Origin: Balanoglossus misakiensis
Lineage: Eukaryota; Animalia; Hemichordata
Length of the DNA stretch: 64,000 bases
NCBI GenBank assembly: GCA_040954595.2
Contig: CM082589.2
Span: 1,851,910 to 1,915,909, forward strand
Direction: 5' to 3'
Positions 48,360 through 63,300 of the stretch are shown piece after piece (within the stretch, counting starts at the first letter, position 1; each line of letters starts with the position of its first letter). The position numbers and the translations under genes were made by a program. The notes beneath the pieces were generated by a model that worked only from the letters and a program-made list of their open reading frames with translations, did not search any database and had not been told where the DNA came from.

Positions 48360-51300
48360 GTAAGTTGAGTGCATTTCGCACGATCCCTGTTACTTTTGCG
48401 CGCTTGTTTACACGAGTTGCGCCAAACGCACGTGGTTTCCATCAACTAACAACAAACGCAACGTTGTCCGCTCTACGGTTCGTTGAACACATCGCGGGAA
48501 TCTTACACAATGGGTTTTCGCTCACGTCAATATCACTTCCAGACGAAAAAACAACCCGAAAGTGGTTGGAAAAGCTAGGAAAAGTATAGCACCAGTTGAA
48601 AATGACGGGTTTTCTGTCATTTTCATCACTTTTAACGACTTTATTGTAGGTCCATCATTACGCGCGTCACAGTTGCGTCCGTTGTAGTTAATATCCCTTT
48701 GTTTCCACGTAGAGTAGCCAAGCCAACGGCGTTCATCATGTTGTATTCTGTATCACTTTTATCAAGCGTAACAAATAAAAGTTACGATAATTATTTGTCC
48801 GTGCGACGCAAGCTCCTGCACTCGCGAAAAATTAAAATGGTATCGCGCAAAAAAGTTTGTATTTGCGCAAAATTTAGAGGTAGCGGGGAGGTTGCGTATT
48901 CCGTTATGCAATCGTAACAAAGCGGCCAGACAGCGATAAAGCAACGCCCTTTGTTCATATCTCCCCTCGTACCCTCCGAGGACGCGAAACACTTCAAGTC
49001 AATGTCAAAACGTCGTCCTAACCAGCACTCTCGATATTTCGTGCGAATATTCGGCACAGAAAAATATTTTCGACTCAAAATATTCCCTTCTACTCCAACC
49101 GCTCGCATCTTTCGTTAACAACGGCTTTCCGTGGGGGTCTTTGTCCAGTTTTGGCGCGTAAATCGATTATGCATTGTTTCCCCCCCTGTTTGCGTCCGCG
49201 ACAATGGAAAAAAATATTAAACTTCATTCCGTGAGAGGCCACAATTAAGAAAAAAAATGTCGGGTTTATTTGATTGCTAAAAGGCATCCCTTGGACAAGA
49301 ACATTTCAAACTGGAACATAATCTCACAAAACTGTCGAGCTGTGAGGAACAGACTTACGTTCTTGACTCACTGGAATATTTTCGTGCATCAAAAGTACTT
49401 TCAAATAAACAACTGGTTAAAAAACGGAAGAAAAATTATCCGAAAGTAACTTGTTTGGTTATGATTCTTTGAAAAAGTAAAGAAACAAACGTATTTTAGC
49501 TTTTCTTTAATAATTTACAAAGCATTGTCATCACCACCACAAAGTGATGCAGTATGCTATGCATCTGGTTTCCTAGACTCCACCATCATCTCGCAAGCCT
49601 CATTTCTCTTCAAGAAATCTTAAAGACTGTTGTGTTTCCTACCGTTTTAAGTAGGGTTTTTGATTCCAAAAATAAGGGAGAAAAATTTTGGGCCATTGAT
49701 ATGATATTTATAATTTTTTTTGCATAATTTTGATTTTTATGAGGGTAATTATTGCATAGTCCTTTGTTTAACGATGCAGGCTGCGTCTCTTTGTTCTTGG
49801 TTGCCGCCGAAATCGGGATTTGTGACTTTTAGTCTTTTTGTTGCGAGAATGACAGTTTTTTTCTGGTGTGGACAGAAAGCAGCAGGATTCTTTCTATAGC
49901 AATTTCAGAAAAGTCACATCCCTGACTAGTTTCCACTCTTTGAGATGTTCAGAAGTTCTGCAAGCGTGTTATCAGTGGCCTTGATTTCTGGCACAGAAAA
50001 TTTTCAAATAAGCCTTTTGGGAATATTTGTCATCATGCATGTTGGACAGATGATAACTAACTCCTGAGAGACGGAAGGATCTAAAATTGATGGTATAGAA
50101 GTAATTTGTAACATAACATAACAGAACTGGCTTGTAATTGGAGAGAAAATGGAACAAAATATCAAAAAGACGAAAATTTTAAGTGTTTAAGCGAAAAAAA
50201 GTTTTTGAGCCTGAGATAAATTGACTCTTACATTTCATGTAATACTTTTTTGTAAACATTGACAAAAAATGATTTGGGGGAAATATGTGATTTGAATTAT
50301 TAATGAGAATACTCAGATTTTTAATTATAAAAGTTCTCATGTTTTATCTGTTTAGTAGTCTGGGTTCTGGCTGAGGATGGCATAGTACAATCACCCATTC
50401 AGGGAGCATAGGTACTTGGAACCAGAGTCTGACTGTCTTTCGGAATGTGATATCGCTTGATCAACAGAAGGGGGGATTAAGAGAGTTTCTCCGAAAACAA
50501 TCGTTGCAAACAAAGAGAAGGCAGGCCTGTGTTACGCTAACTTTTGTCACCACAGTCACACACTCTCTCTGTTCCTCGGCATTCATCGATGTTGACATCG
50601 CTATCCCACCACCCGGGGACACAAAAACACATTCATCAGCGTTAGTGGTTCGGTACAAAGCTGGGATTTGGCGGTCGTGCCGCGGCGCGCCCCAGTGCCC
50701 CGTTTTATTGGCTGCCCGAGCCATAGCAGCTGGGAGACTTCTGCAGCTGCAGGACAAATTATTCCTAATTACATTTTGAGCAGAAGTAGAGGCAAAGATC
50801 AAGAATGCCACTGATTGGCATCATTCTGATACTAACAGTTCTAAGTTTTTTTCTTCAAATCAAACCATGCTGCCTACAATTCTCATTTTAATAATTTAAT
50901 AAATATTTTTAGGTGAATTTAATTACTGCATTTTCAAATTACAATGTTATTGTTTTATTACAGTTTTCACCAGAATTATGTACAGTAACAAAACTTTGAG
51001 CCACATGAGATTTGTGCTCACACATCAGAGAATACTTATAATGATTTCTGTTTCAAAATGACGTAAATTATGATTCAATAACACTTGAAAAGACTTTGTA
51101 AGAAGTTATTAAAACAAAGGCAAACATGAACATCAGTTTGAACTGTAGATGGCGCTATACGTTTAGATGAGGATTCAGTTTCTTACAGTTTTATCAGTTG
51201 CATATTGTTCACTTCTCTTTGTCCTCGCGAGTCTCTCAAGCCAACAGTTGCCACCAGAAACAAATTCTGCTTCCAACCACCCTTACAAAATAAAACACCA

Positions 51301-54300
51301 GCCCATCCATCTGACCATCAACCCATCCACCAACACAGCCACCACAGTAAATGCCATCCCACCACTTAGAAACTACCCAGTGGAAAATATTTCCATGTGA
51401 TCCATCAACGACTAGTGATGCTAAGCCTATTAATCATGTAGTAATTGAAGTCGCTGAAAGCTACTTGGGTGTCTGCAGAATGATAGTATCTCTACATCCA
51501 TCCTTTGTCGTCCAAACTGCTCACTATCATTACAATCACAATTAATCCTTCATCAATCATCATCAGATTTCAATTCCTCATCGGTAAAAAAATTATGTTA
51601 CTGGCTTTTGATAAAACAAACAGGCTATGTTTAATTACACTGGGATGCACACTAAAATCAATGATCAGAACTTCGAGAGAAAACATTGCAGGATTGAATG
51701 TCGACTCAACTGAGGAAAACAATTTTGGTTGTTTTTGCGTGTGCTGCAGCTTTGCTTGAGATTTATTATTACACAGAAACAGATCTTGGAAGATTTTTCA
51801 TTCATCTGTCCAGCCCTGGTGGTGTTCTCCTAAAAGTTGTGTTGAAATCAATAACTAACTGTGGTCTTTGAACCAAATACAGTAGTCTGAAATTCCAGCT
51901 TCTTTTCATCACAGTAAGACTTCATTAACAGAAAAGGATTTGACTCGCATTTCCTTCAGGCAATGACATATGTGATGAGCTCTATCACCATGGTGATACC
52001 CTCCATCTTGTATTTCATGGGTCATTGACATTTTCCCAGAAATGTAAATAAGGCATTGAACTTGATTTGCAAACTGATAGTCTGTCTTGTGCAAGTTGAC
52101 CTTGAGAGGGTTTGATGGCTCTCAATGGGGAAAATGAAAGTCATTGTCACGCATAAGCACACACATCTGAGGTCTTTGAAGGAGGGGTTTCTTTTCAAAT
52201 CATTTATCAGCGCTTTAGAAGAAGACAAATCTGCCTTGCTGGGTGAAATTACATTGAATTGACGAAAGATACTTACCGGTACTGTATTTCCATACACGGT
52301 AATCTGAATCTCGCAAAAACCACAGCGTCCATACTGCTACATACAGTATCATGTGTCTTTCCTCCGGTTGACTTTGATTTGGTAAATAATTCTGCAAAAG
52401 AAAAACACAAAGAACTTCAGACGTCAGACAGTACCCAAAAATGACGTACTTCTTAGTCTACAGGGTGCATCGCTTTATTTGTTGAAAAGTTAAGATAAAC
52501 TGCAATTTTGGACACGAAACTACAAAATGTATGATTTTGTTAATTGCTCGCTATGTGCAGCATGAGTGAGATAATCTGGCTAGCGCCCCCATTCAATCAT
52601 TTAGGGAGAATATCAAGGTACATGTACTCTGATCGAGATTGTGTGTCGGAGATTGGCTTCACAGACTTGTTGTTTAAAGGTTCTTATGTAGTAATTAAAT
52701 TAATTGACTGTGTTTCTGAAGCCATCTGAAAGATAAGCAAACAGCCCCAAAATGTTGACATAAATTTTTGATTGCTCAGTGCCATTTTACATGTAGTTGA
52801 AATCAGTAACAATTCCAAGTTTATGAATTATTTAGGTGTGATGGTCGTTCTGTTATTTGGAATATTGGTAGCCTCGAGCGCTTGAGAGAAATGATTAATT
52901 CTGGTAGTGTTTTGTTGTAGAAAGTTAGATTTACATTCATGAAAAATACATAAGGAATATAGCAAAAATAGCCTGAGGCGTTTGCTGTACATAAACAGTT
53001 TCTTTACGAAAATTACCAATGGTCTTGACAGTGTAATGAAATTAATAATCAGTATTACGAGTCAATTTTTATGTGAAAAAGTTTGAGGAGTGAATTCAGT
53101 ATTTCTCAAAGGCACCTTTGTTGTTTTGGGGCAGGTTAAAATGTGAAACTGCGCAAAACCTTTGTTTGTTTCTGAACCACCATGTTGTTCAACAGTGTCT
53201 TTTTTTACATGGTGCATATCTTGTCAGATTGCAAAAAGAACGTATCGAGTAAAGCTTATAAATCCTTACCATCTCTTGAAAGGGGTACCCCTTCTTGTGT
53301 CTCAATATGGGATTTGGTGGTTTTCAAACTAGCTTCGACATTTGACTTGCATTTCAGACTTCCGAAATCGAACCACGCATGACGAGTGAACATGTAATGT
53401 CGCCCCCTATCGTTAAGGTACCGGTCTTGAGGGGGCGCACTACCAACAACCTGCTAAGTTTACACTTGTGTGTCAAAACTGTTTGTGTGGTCTCTAACAG
53501 GAAAGCGGGTCCTAGCCTCTGGGTAAAGCCCGCACTGGATGGCAACTCTGTCTCTGAGAAAACAAATTTCAAAAGACGCTGAGCTGTCGATAGAAACTTA
53601 ATATTTGCTGCAGTGAAAAGGGACACCCAGACACATTTTGTTTGAAGTTGTCAGTGGTAAAGCCACACCATGGGCAATATACAGACCTGGGCCATTGTTG
53701 TGAAGTAAACAATAACAGAAAACAATCTTTACATAGAGGCACGAAATTCCTGGGGAGAGATAGACACTCAAAAGCAGTAATTGCCTCAGTGGTATCATAC
53801 CACCCAACGTAGGTGTGTTATTTACGAAACCAAACTCCTCATTACAAGTGATTTGTCATCATTGAAGTGTGAGGGCCTTTGTTCCCCCCACACCAGACGC
53901 CCCCCTCCTCGGCTTTTCAGAAATCCCTTTCTTTTTAAAAAGCGACTTTTAAGTTTGTTCCGCTCAGAAAAGAATTAAGTGTAGTTTGTTTTACCAGTGT
54001 TGTTTCTCTTTTTCCCTTGTAACATCCTGCTGGTTTCTCTATTCGAAGTTCTTTATGGACACTTACTCTCTCAGCTAGACTTTTTCGAAAGTCAGGCCAC
54101 CTCTGTAGTCAGTAAGACCTTTGCAACCTGTTTTGTACTCTCTATTTATAACAAAGAACAGGTTTTAGTGTTCTTCTTGCTTTTTAGAACTAAAGAAATA
54201 AAGTTGGTCTGTTTCTTTCCCGAATAACATTTTTCCCCTAAAAGATTTTTGTCCGAAATGTGTAGAGCACGGTTTTTCTTATTTGCTATCTGTTTCATTA

Positions 54301-57300
54301 TTGCTTAGTTGCAGTTTTTAGAACTTGCAAGTCGGAAGAAACACTGTATATCCATGTCAGATATCTTACAATTTCACTGAAAGAAAGAAACTTTTTTCTG
54401 TGTTTAATCAGTTTCAGTATCACCAGGGTCATTCTGACATTGGACTGGAGCTGTGGCGATCCGTTTTCTGCGCGTCATGTCAACTGTAATGAGTGACTTC
54501 CCCGCTGGGAAACTGACACTCCACATTTGACACTGTCAATCACACATGAAAGTGGACCAGATACACTTGTTGTCCATTTAGTAATTGACGCAAATATACA
54601 CTGCAGTAGGGGGCGAGTCTGACCTTTCTAGTGCCCTGGTCAGCTCGCCGTCTTGGTTTCAAAAGTGTTGATTTCCATGTCGATTTCTGTTTTCTTTGTT
54701 TTGTAAACAAAAGGAGACTCTCCATTCAAGGTTTTTAATTATGGGCCATTCTTGCCTTTAAATGGTCGCCATTATCACCACCTCTCAAAATTTGGTAGGA
54801 TGCTACAGTTGTGACAACAAAAGCATGAAGGGTTGGTCCAGGTTGAAAAAAGGCTTTGGATTTTTTACCTGTGTGTGGCTGAAACCTTTTGTGTGTATGT
54901 CTTGAGGGACAATTCTTACAGAGAAATCATCAACGCTGATTTAAAAGTGTGGCCAAACAAAAATATACCTGGCGCTGTGTTTGTAGAATAAATGAACTGG
55001 GACGAGTAAGTGTTTCATCTCCTTTGTTGCAAGGTTGCCCCCGAGATGTCATGCTTAAATCGCTCTTCTGAAGAGTGTGTTTTCAAGATGACCATATCAA
55101 TCGGACACGTTGCATTTTAAGCTGCTCTCTGTCAGGGTCGTGACCCGAAATGTTTTTTTTATAAAGAAGAAAACAGTGTGCGTGTCCGTGTAGGGACTTA
55201 GATCAACACGTTTCTGAATGCTCAGTTTGGGCGTCAGTTCTGTCTTTTATTTGTACCTTTCTTTTCACTATTGGAGAAGTTTCCAGCTCTCGCAGGGAAG
55301 ACAAACAAATTCAATTATTTTTAGAATGTCTTTCCAAGGTCCACTCTTACCAAAATAGAATGTTAGGGGAAAATCTGATCACGTATCCACGGAGGTATTT
55401 CTCTGGGAGTGATTATCTCTGACAATTTTCATTTCTTTAATTAGTTGGAGAAGGCCAACCTCAGCAATTTTAGATATCAGTTTTTGCGTGTTTTGCGAAA
55501 TATAGAAGTACATGCACATGTAGTAATTGTTGCCTTGGCTACATTTCGCCACCAGAGGGCCTACTAACAAACTCTGCACATGGTCACTCCACACCGTGCT
55601 CTACACAAACATTTTTGTTATTTTATTGTCAAACAATTATCGGACACTTTCTGTAACTAACATTCATGGTGTTCATTGTTGTTTTGAACTGAAAACCGAC
55701 ACAAAAACGCAAGCCCTCCCCCTGAAAAACTTTAAAGGTAGAACTGCCCCTTGGTCTGATTTTTCCAGATAAAAATATCTCCAAGCTTGTGTGTCGGAAA
55801 GCTGAAACAAAGTTGTTCACTGTACTGTTTTCAGTCACTGTTTTGTTCCTGAGATCATATGCCTTTTATAACTTTTAATATGATACTACCAGCAATTTTC
55901 AAACTTATATTATCAGAAACCATAGACTTTGGAAAGCACGTTCCAAACTTTGAATCATTCATAGGTATCAACTGTGTTGGCAAACACCTCTATTGGCCGG
56001 CCAACATTTTGTTATTTTAAGAACTGATGAAACGAATTTCCTTCTCTGTTGTATTCTCATTACACAAACTGTTGAATTGGTGGCAGTCGCTAACAAGCTG
56101 CCACGGACAGACCAACAGTATATTGTCTTCAACAGATTATTCCCCTCCATTGCTAATAAATCCCATTAGAATTTACATAAATTTGCATAGCTCGTAAATC
56201 AGGTCATAGACATGGTGTATGGGGGCAGTGTTGACAGACATTACGGCTATTGTCATTCATGTGGATTTGTGTAAACACGTACAATTGTCCCACATTGGTA
56301 TTTTTTTCCGTTTGGGATGTCATTAAGAAGGTCGTTGAGAGAAATCCCCGTCTGAACACCTGCTTGGGGTATTTGTGTCGAGATATGTGTCCGTGTCGCG
56401 ACACAGCCATTAGCCAATCGAACATGACTTATGTGATTCACCTTGGGTGATCAGTCAGGTGTTTACTTTGATATGATTCTGTTCACTTATAAAGAATAAT
56501 GATTACAATGATTTATATTTAGTTCTCTTCTTCCGGTGTCTGATATTTATCGCTGAGAATTTGGCACCATCAAAAGTTTCCCAATCGGGTGCAAATGTTA
56601 GTGACCGGCGCTACTGAAGTTTTGTTATGGAAATAACTCTACCAGCAAAATTCACAATTGCTTTTTGCAGAATTTGGTTGCTCTTATAATGAGTACTGTT
56701 TCCGCTGTGAATCACCAAATAAATTTAGAAACTTTGCTGATAGTTTGTGAAAGGGAAATATTTTGTTTATGAGACAAATATTAATAGTACACAAAGATCA
56801 CAGAACACACAGCAGACCAATATGAAACTAAGAACAGTGTCAATACATGTGGTGGAAAAAATGACAAAATTTAGTCCAATTAAAATAAATCAGAGAACGC
56901 CCATAGAGATAATTACATTAGTTACATAGTTAGGTAAGATTTAATTTAATTATTTGAAGATATGATATTTTTTAGAAAACAAACTTTTATGTAAATTAAA
57001 GTTACAAAAGCTAAACATTGATGGTAATCTTAAAATTGTCTATAAATTATTACATCATTGGTTTCCAGCCAATTATAACACGAGATTTAATTCCTGTAAT
57101 ACAATCATTGTGTTTAACAGTGCATAGGGGCTTTGGTAATAATATTTGAAAGTCTGTTTACTTTTCTGAAAATTCTCACAGAGAACTACTTAGCCGACAG
57201 AGGATGCTATTATGAAATACATAACACGGTATTGAGTGTATGTCAATAATTCGATATTTGCATAATCTTCATTTGACTAGCTCTGTCCAAACACAATTTC

Positions 57301-60300
57301 CATTTCATGACAGTTTTTTGTGTTTTCGTATTATTTTATGTGTCAACGTGTATGTATTGTGGGTTGGTGATTGCATTTTTTTAATTATTTGGGTTTTTAG
57401 TTATGATAATTATACTCAGTGATCAATGGAGGTCTCTTTTGTTAGTTGTCTTGAATGGAGTAGGTTCTTTCATGAGATGAAGTCAGCGCTGTTTTGATGG
57501 AGTTATTCTCTTTAAATGAAGAAAGTGCTTGAAACATTTGTTGTGTGATGGCAATGTATATCTCTCTGTCTTTCTCAGTACTGTAACATCAGTCAAAGTT
57601 CTGTATCCAAATATACAATCATTCAAAAAACTAATCCCGCTTTTAAAAAAACGAAAAAGCAAACATAAATCAATCAACATTACCCAGAGATCCCCTTTGG
57701 CATCTTTTACCTAAAAGACACACTCTGGAATTGACCCAACATATTCAAAAGAACATAAAAACATTGTGATTCACAACTTTTTTCTTTCAACGCCAAGTAT
57801 TATACAAACAGTCCTACCATCATGTTATGTTGTGGAAACAATAGCATGGGATCTACCCACAGCTGTCCAAGTAGAGAGGCAGAATGAGTTTCATTCATTC
57901 AGGACCCAACACCATAAGGGTAGGCTTTTGTCCCTCCCGAGATGTGAATCGAGATCCTGGTTGATGATGAAAGATGTACAGGCTGTGTTCGCCTTGCTCA
58001 TTTAAAAAGAAAACACACATGTATATTAGTTAGAGCGTGTTTAGTTTAGTTGGTGCAGTGTCAGACATAAAAGTGCAGTTTCTACTTGAACTTGAACTTC
58101 TGCTTTGAATTTCTAGTGACCACCCAATGTTATGTTATGTCGACTTGTTGATGAAAAGTTAGATGCACAGTGTCAACTCAGACTGACCCATGAATGAAGT
58201 CAATATCCCCCAGATGGAAAAAGCTAATTTACTTAACTATATTTTAAAATTGGTTCAAGTTACTTGTGTGGAAGAAAATGGTGCAATATTATCTGAAATC
58301 AAATCTGTATTCTCAGAACTGATCAGTTAGAAAATAACCAGCTAATTTCTGTTGCCTCCTTTTCAATACAGGATTCACAAATTCCACAGGCTATATGTTC
58401 TGTGAATTCTATAAAACAGTCATGAAATTTTTATAAAGATCATGAAAACACATTCTGAAATTGAGACGCTTGCTTGGCACTGCGTGGAAATTACTTTATT
58501 CTCATGGAAATTGTTAGTCCATACCAAGGTTAGATCTAACACGAGTTATTATTTTGAATCTCAGAAAATCTGCACTGAGTGGTGTCAAGTTTCACTCTAA
58601 TGTGCACATGTGTCATCACGTTATCGAGGATAATCTTTCCGAGTTACGCGAATGAAACTGTTAGTCCAGTAACAGAGGAGAGGTGAATCTGTGAATATTA
58701 ATAAAATGCAGTTGTGTATGAATGCAAGAGTTTTTGCACAAAGTATAGCGAATAGCCAATATGTGGCCCGCCTCTTTCAACACGGCAATTGTGCAAACAA
58801 ACACATGCACACATACAATGAAACAATCTCCAGCTGTTACCCCCATTTTTCTATGGAATGATCCTAAAATAGCACTCTGTGGAATCATTCAACAGATGGT
58901 GAAGGGGTTGAAAGGTTTAGTTGGAGGGGTTATGTGTTTAAAAACAGGAACAGAGTGTTCGCAACTTCAATAACATCATTTTTGTTTGAAATATTATCAA
59001 TTTCTGCCAAAATTTAGAATTATTTTTCTGGCAATCTATGCTAAAAAATTAATTTCTTTCTATGAAGTTAAACGTTGATTGTAATTTTTTAAAAACTGCT
59101 CAAGAACATATATTTTTTTCTATTAACCTGTACAACATGAAGGCATGGTAAATACTGGTTGCAATGATTTTTTAGTTTAAAACTAAAGTCAGCAGAGCTA
59201 GTTTGAAATGATGGAGTTTCAAGCATAATTATCACCTTTAATCGTCGATTTACAATCAGTGGCACTTGATCAGCAGTGACTACTCAGCTGTCATATTTGC
59301 AAACTCATTATCTTCATGAAGATTATCTCGTTCATTTCAGAGCGTAACCTTTTGAAACCACCTTCCTGTTATTAGCCGTGTTTTGAGAGAGAGAAAAAAG
59401 AAAGCGCGAGATGCAAATTTGAGTTTGATTTCATAAATTGCGCCGGTCATGGTGTAACCGTGCCGTGTCACCGGTCAATAAACGCCGCTAACAAGAATGG
59501 AAGTGTGCCTTGTATCTCAATTTGCAATAATCGTTCCTGAGAAATTAAGTTTTTGACGGGAGACTATTCTCGCGCACAAAAGAGACGTAGAGCTTGTCGA
59601 CATAGCAACGAGTGAATGAGAGCTGAAGTTTGTATAATAGACCAATTCTAATCAAAGCACTACATGATTAGTTTTTGTCACATGTGACTCTGTGGTATAT
59701 TTGTTCACATTATTAATTTTTAATTTTGTAATAGAATTAACCATAGGAAAGTTTTGTTTCGCTTCCTATGTTTGGAGTTTATGACCCCCAAGTGTGAAAG
59801 TTGATAGAATACGATCTTAATGAATTGCAATATTTTGATGGTTAGATCAGCCGATATTTTTCATTTTGTGATTGAACCAGATTACGATATTTTGCTTCAA
59901 TGGAAAAGTAAATTTTTTATTTGCAACCAAGCTTAATTTGTTTTGTCAAAGTATGCCCTCTATGGCCAAATTAAGCATACGAACGCTTCTCAATCTCATA
60001 AAAACACAATCTAGTCAGCTTATATGTTTTAATTTTCTTTTTTTCCACCGAAAAGTTCTGAATCGGCACCTTCATTTGCTGTCTGTCAGAATATCGATTA
60101 TTTTCATCTGGAAGCAGTCACAAAGTGGGAATTATATGGCTAGAGTTTATTTCCCGGAGGACCGTGTGATGGAAGTAGAAGTGCAGGTGTCGGAATGATA
60201 AATACGATAATGGAAAAAGTAATTTTGGCGGGAAGAGTAACTGAAATAATTTGGCGGGAAGAATCATATATAAAAAGTAGCTAAACTTTAATAATTTGAA

Positions 60301-63300
60301 TAAAAGTGGTTAAGTTTTATAAATAAAATCGATGTCTAAAAAGGATAATTATTTTTGTAAATTATAAATGCCCCCACAATGTTTGTTATACTTTTAATTA
60401 AACACAAAGTTAAATTATATTTGTTGAGTGATTGGTGTTGATAACCAGAAAGTGTTTTAAAGAGAGATTTTTTCATCTTTTTTTTGCGCTAGGGGGTTGA
60501 ACAACAGCTGGAGCCCAGAATTATCCACTGGGTAGCAACTGAGCAAACAGACCTTATTTCCATCCAATAAATACACTGTGACAGAGAGTACTAAAATTAA
60601 ATTATCATCCGACTGAGGCACAGCGCAGACTGTAATTTGTGTTTTACTTGTAATTATTGGAAGAAATATTCAATTCTTGCCTCAGTAAACACAGCAGGCC
60701 CTCATGCTTTAAAAAATTCAAATGCAAACAATGTGTCAGTTTTGCTGCTGAATTTCCAGCGCCCAAAATATGCCATCATGGATACCATTAAACGTGTGTA
60801 GGGCTTCATTGTATGCATGACTGACTCCATTTTTAAAAATTACTTCCCAGGGAGCGGAGTGGTATTATTTCCGCACAGCGCCCTATTCATATGCTAATTT
60901 CATTTTTTTAATGACAACCAGAATGAAAGTGTAGTCTGCAATTTTTCTTTTTGGCAGCGAGGCTTTGGAATTAACGACTAATAATGATTGATGATTCGTG
61001 CACGCTGTAGTTTTGTCCAAATAACTGTCAAACACATGCATGCGGGAAAAAAAGATATTGCAGAAAGTGTTCCTCAGAGCTGAAATATTTAAACTGATCA
61101 CCAATATAGCCTGCGGCAGAATTTTCAGTTTTACAACACGAAATTCAATATGGCCGCTCTCACCCATTCTTGTATTCATCAAAATGTTACTCTGAATAAA
61201 GCATATCGGATTACTCTGATCTTGGGCAAATCCAGACAAACTTTCATTTAACAGATAGTCTCCTTATCCACCTCACATCCTCCACATCCTGACTTATTTA
61301 TGGAATATTTGGACAGTCTCGGAAAATCTATTTACATGATAGGTCGGCTAGTTTTGGGTAATAAATGAGGCTCATCTAAAGATTCTGTTTTTAAATTTTT
61401 GTAATATTAGCTGTCCTTTAAGTTTTGTCGGCATGGAACATTTCAGCTGAACAGCTGTGCACACACAATTAATATAATGCAGTCATATCACTGTGTAATT
61501 GTATTAATTATCCAATTTGTTGTTTCTAAAGATTAACACAATTTGTTTTTGAGTGTTTGAGAGATTTTTAGTCTGGCATTGAAATGGAGAAAATTTTGAC
61601 GAAAAAATTGAAGAATGTCATAAAAGTCTGTCTGTATTGAGTTTATTCTTTCATGTATATGCAAATTCCACTCTGGGCTTTCTTGTTTAAATCAGCCTTA
61701 TCGTAATAGTTCTGCTTGGGTGGAAATGGCAATATCCTTGTATTCTATGGTGTTTGAACTTTTGGTAGCGATTAAATTTTGCATGTATGATTTACTTAAA
61801 TGAATTGGATGAACCAATTTCGATAACAGAGCATTACATCAGCAAAATATGTCACATTGTTTTTAAAGGTGATGGAAATGTAGCCATTTAGTGCAGAAAA
61901 AATGTTGCATTCAAACAACAAAACTTACAAATTTATGCAAAATACTGCATTAAAGGGACAATGTACCTATCTCTTGGGAATTTCTTCCACATGATGAAAT
62001 TGTTTAGATCTACAAACAGACCATGAACTGATGATGTGTGATTGTTCCGTTAGCATAGCTTTATAAAAAACTTGCCGGACAACAAAAGCTTATATTGTCA
62101 AGAGACTAAATGTACATGTACTTAAATTCATATGAAAGAAACTTGCAGGATTGTGGTCACACACCAGTCGAAAATTTTATCTGATTATCAAGGCCGTTTA
62201 AAAATTTATGAACTTTCAATTAAGGATAAAATTGGTGGCTGTACTCACTTTTCACGATTCATGTAAATTTGAGTGATAATTGCACTTTTTGGTTGAACTG
62301 ATTGACTTTGACAGTCTTGCCAAACCAATTATTTTGGTAATTATTAATGAATATTTCAATAACAGGTCCCATTTTGCAAACTGATGGAAGGGTGTTAAGT
62401 TTGCTCAATAAATTCCCATGATTCTTTGTGATTCCTGTACATAATTATATTACTGTTTTTTACAAATTCATTCCTTGTTTTATTTGTCCCCCTAGTGATT
62501 TGAAAAAATACTATCACATAAATAATTTTGTAATGCTGTGCGACCTTTGACCTCAGTCAGCATAGTTTGGTACCAAGAGAACATTTCACAAGTTTGTGGA
62601 TGTGTTTATACAGTTGTTTCTTCGGTGTGAGACTGATTTATTCGGCAATGGGTCAGAAATGTGTGAAAAGTTTTCAAAAAGTGGGTCATGGATCCAGTTT
62701 TGGGCGTTTGCAGTTTCTCCTGGTGAATCATGTCCGATGAGTAAAGGATGAAACATGTAAAGGTCACTGTGGGGTCACCCTTTTTTATGAATCTGAATTA
62801 AAAACAGCTTGCAAATCTAGATTGATGGTTGTAACTTTTAACCTGTAACCCTTGACCAGAAAATCCATATTTTCAAATTGTGTATATGCTTTGTTTTCGG
62901 AAACAAACCTAGTTTTTATTACTCTGCCGTGATAATAAAACTTGAGTGTACAATAAATTGAAGTATGTGTCGCTTTCCGTTTTTGAGCCCCGGCAACAGA
63001 ATTAAGATTGACCAAGCTGGGGGATCAATTTTTATATCTGATCCCCCTAGCTACAGGTGTAATCCCACAAAAGTAGCTGATTCTGGAGTTGACATTTGTC
63101 ACATTCGTGTCGTGCGCTGCGTCACGGATGATCGTCTATTCAAATTTCATGCATTTTTTGAAAAAGTACAGTAAAGCGGTCATTAATATTTCACCAGTCG
63201 ACTATTTCCTAGAAATTTTTATAGTTAATAGTTTAAATTTTTCATGAACCAGACCACATCAGTCTGTAATTTTGTCTCCAAAATGAACAGACCGAAAAGC

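Noticed and set aside
52270-52279. ATACTTACC resembling the U1 snRNA 5' end
   Set aside because: The following sequence does not match U1; it is just a reverse-complement donor-like motif.
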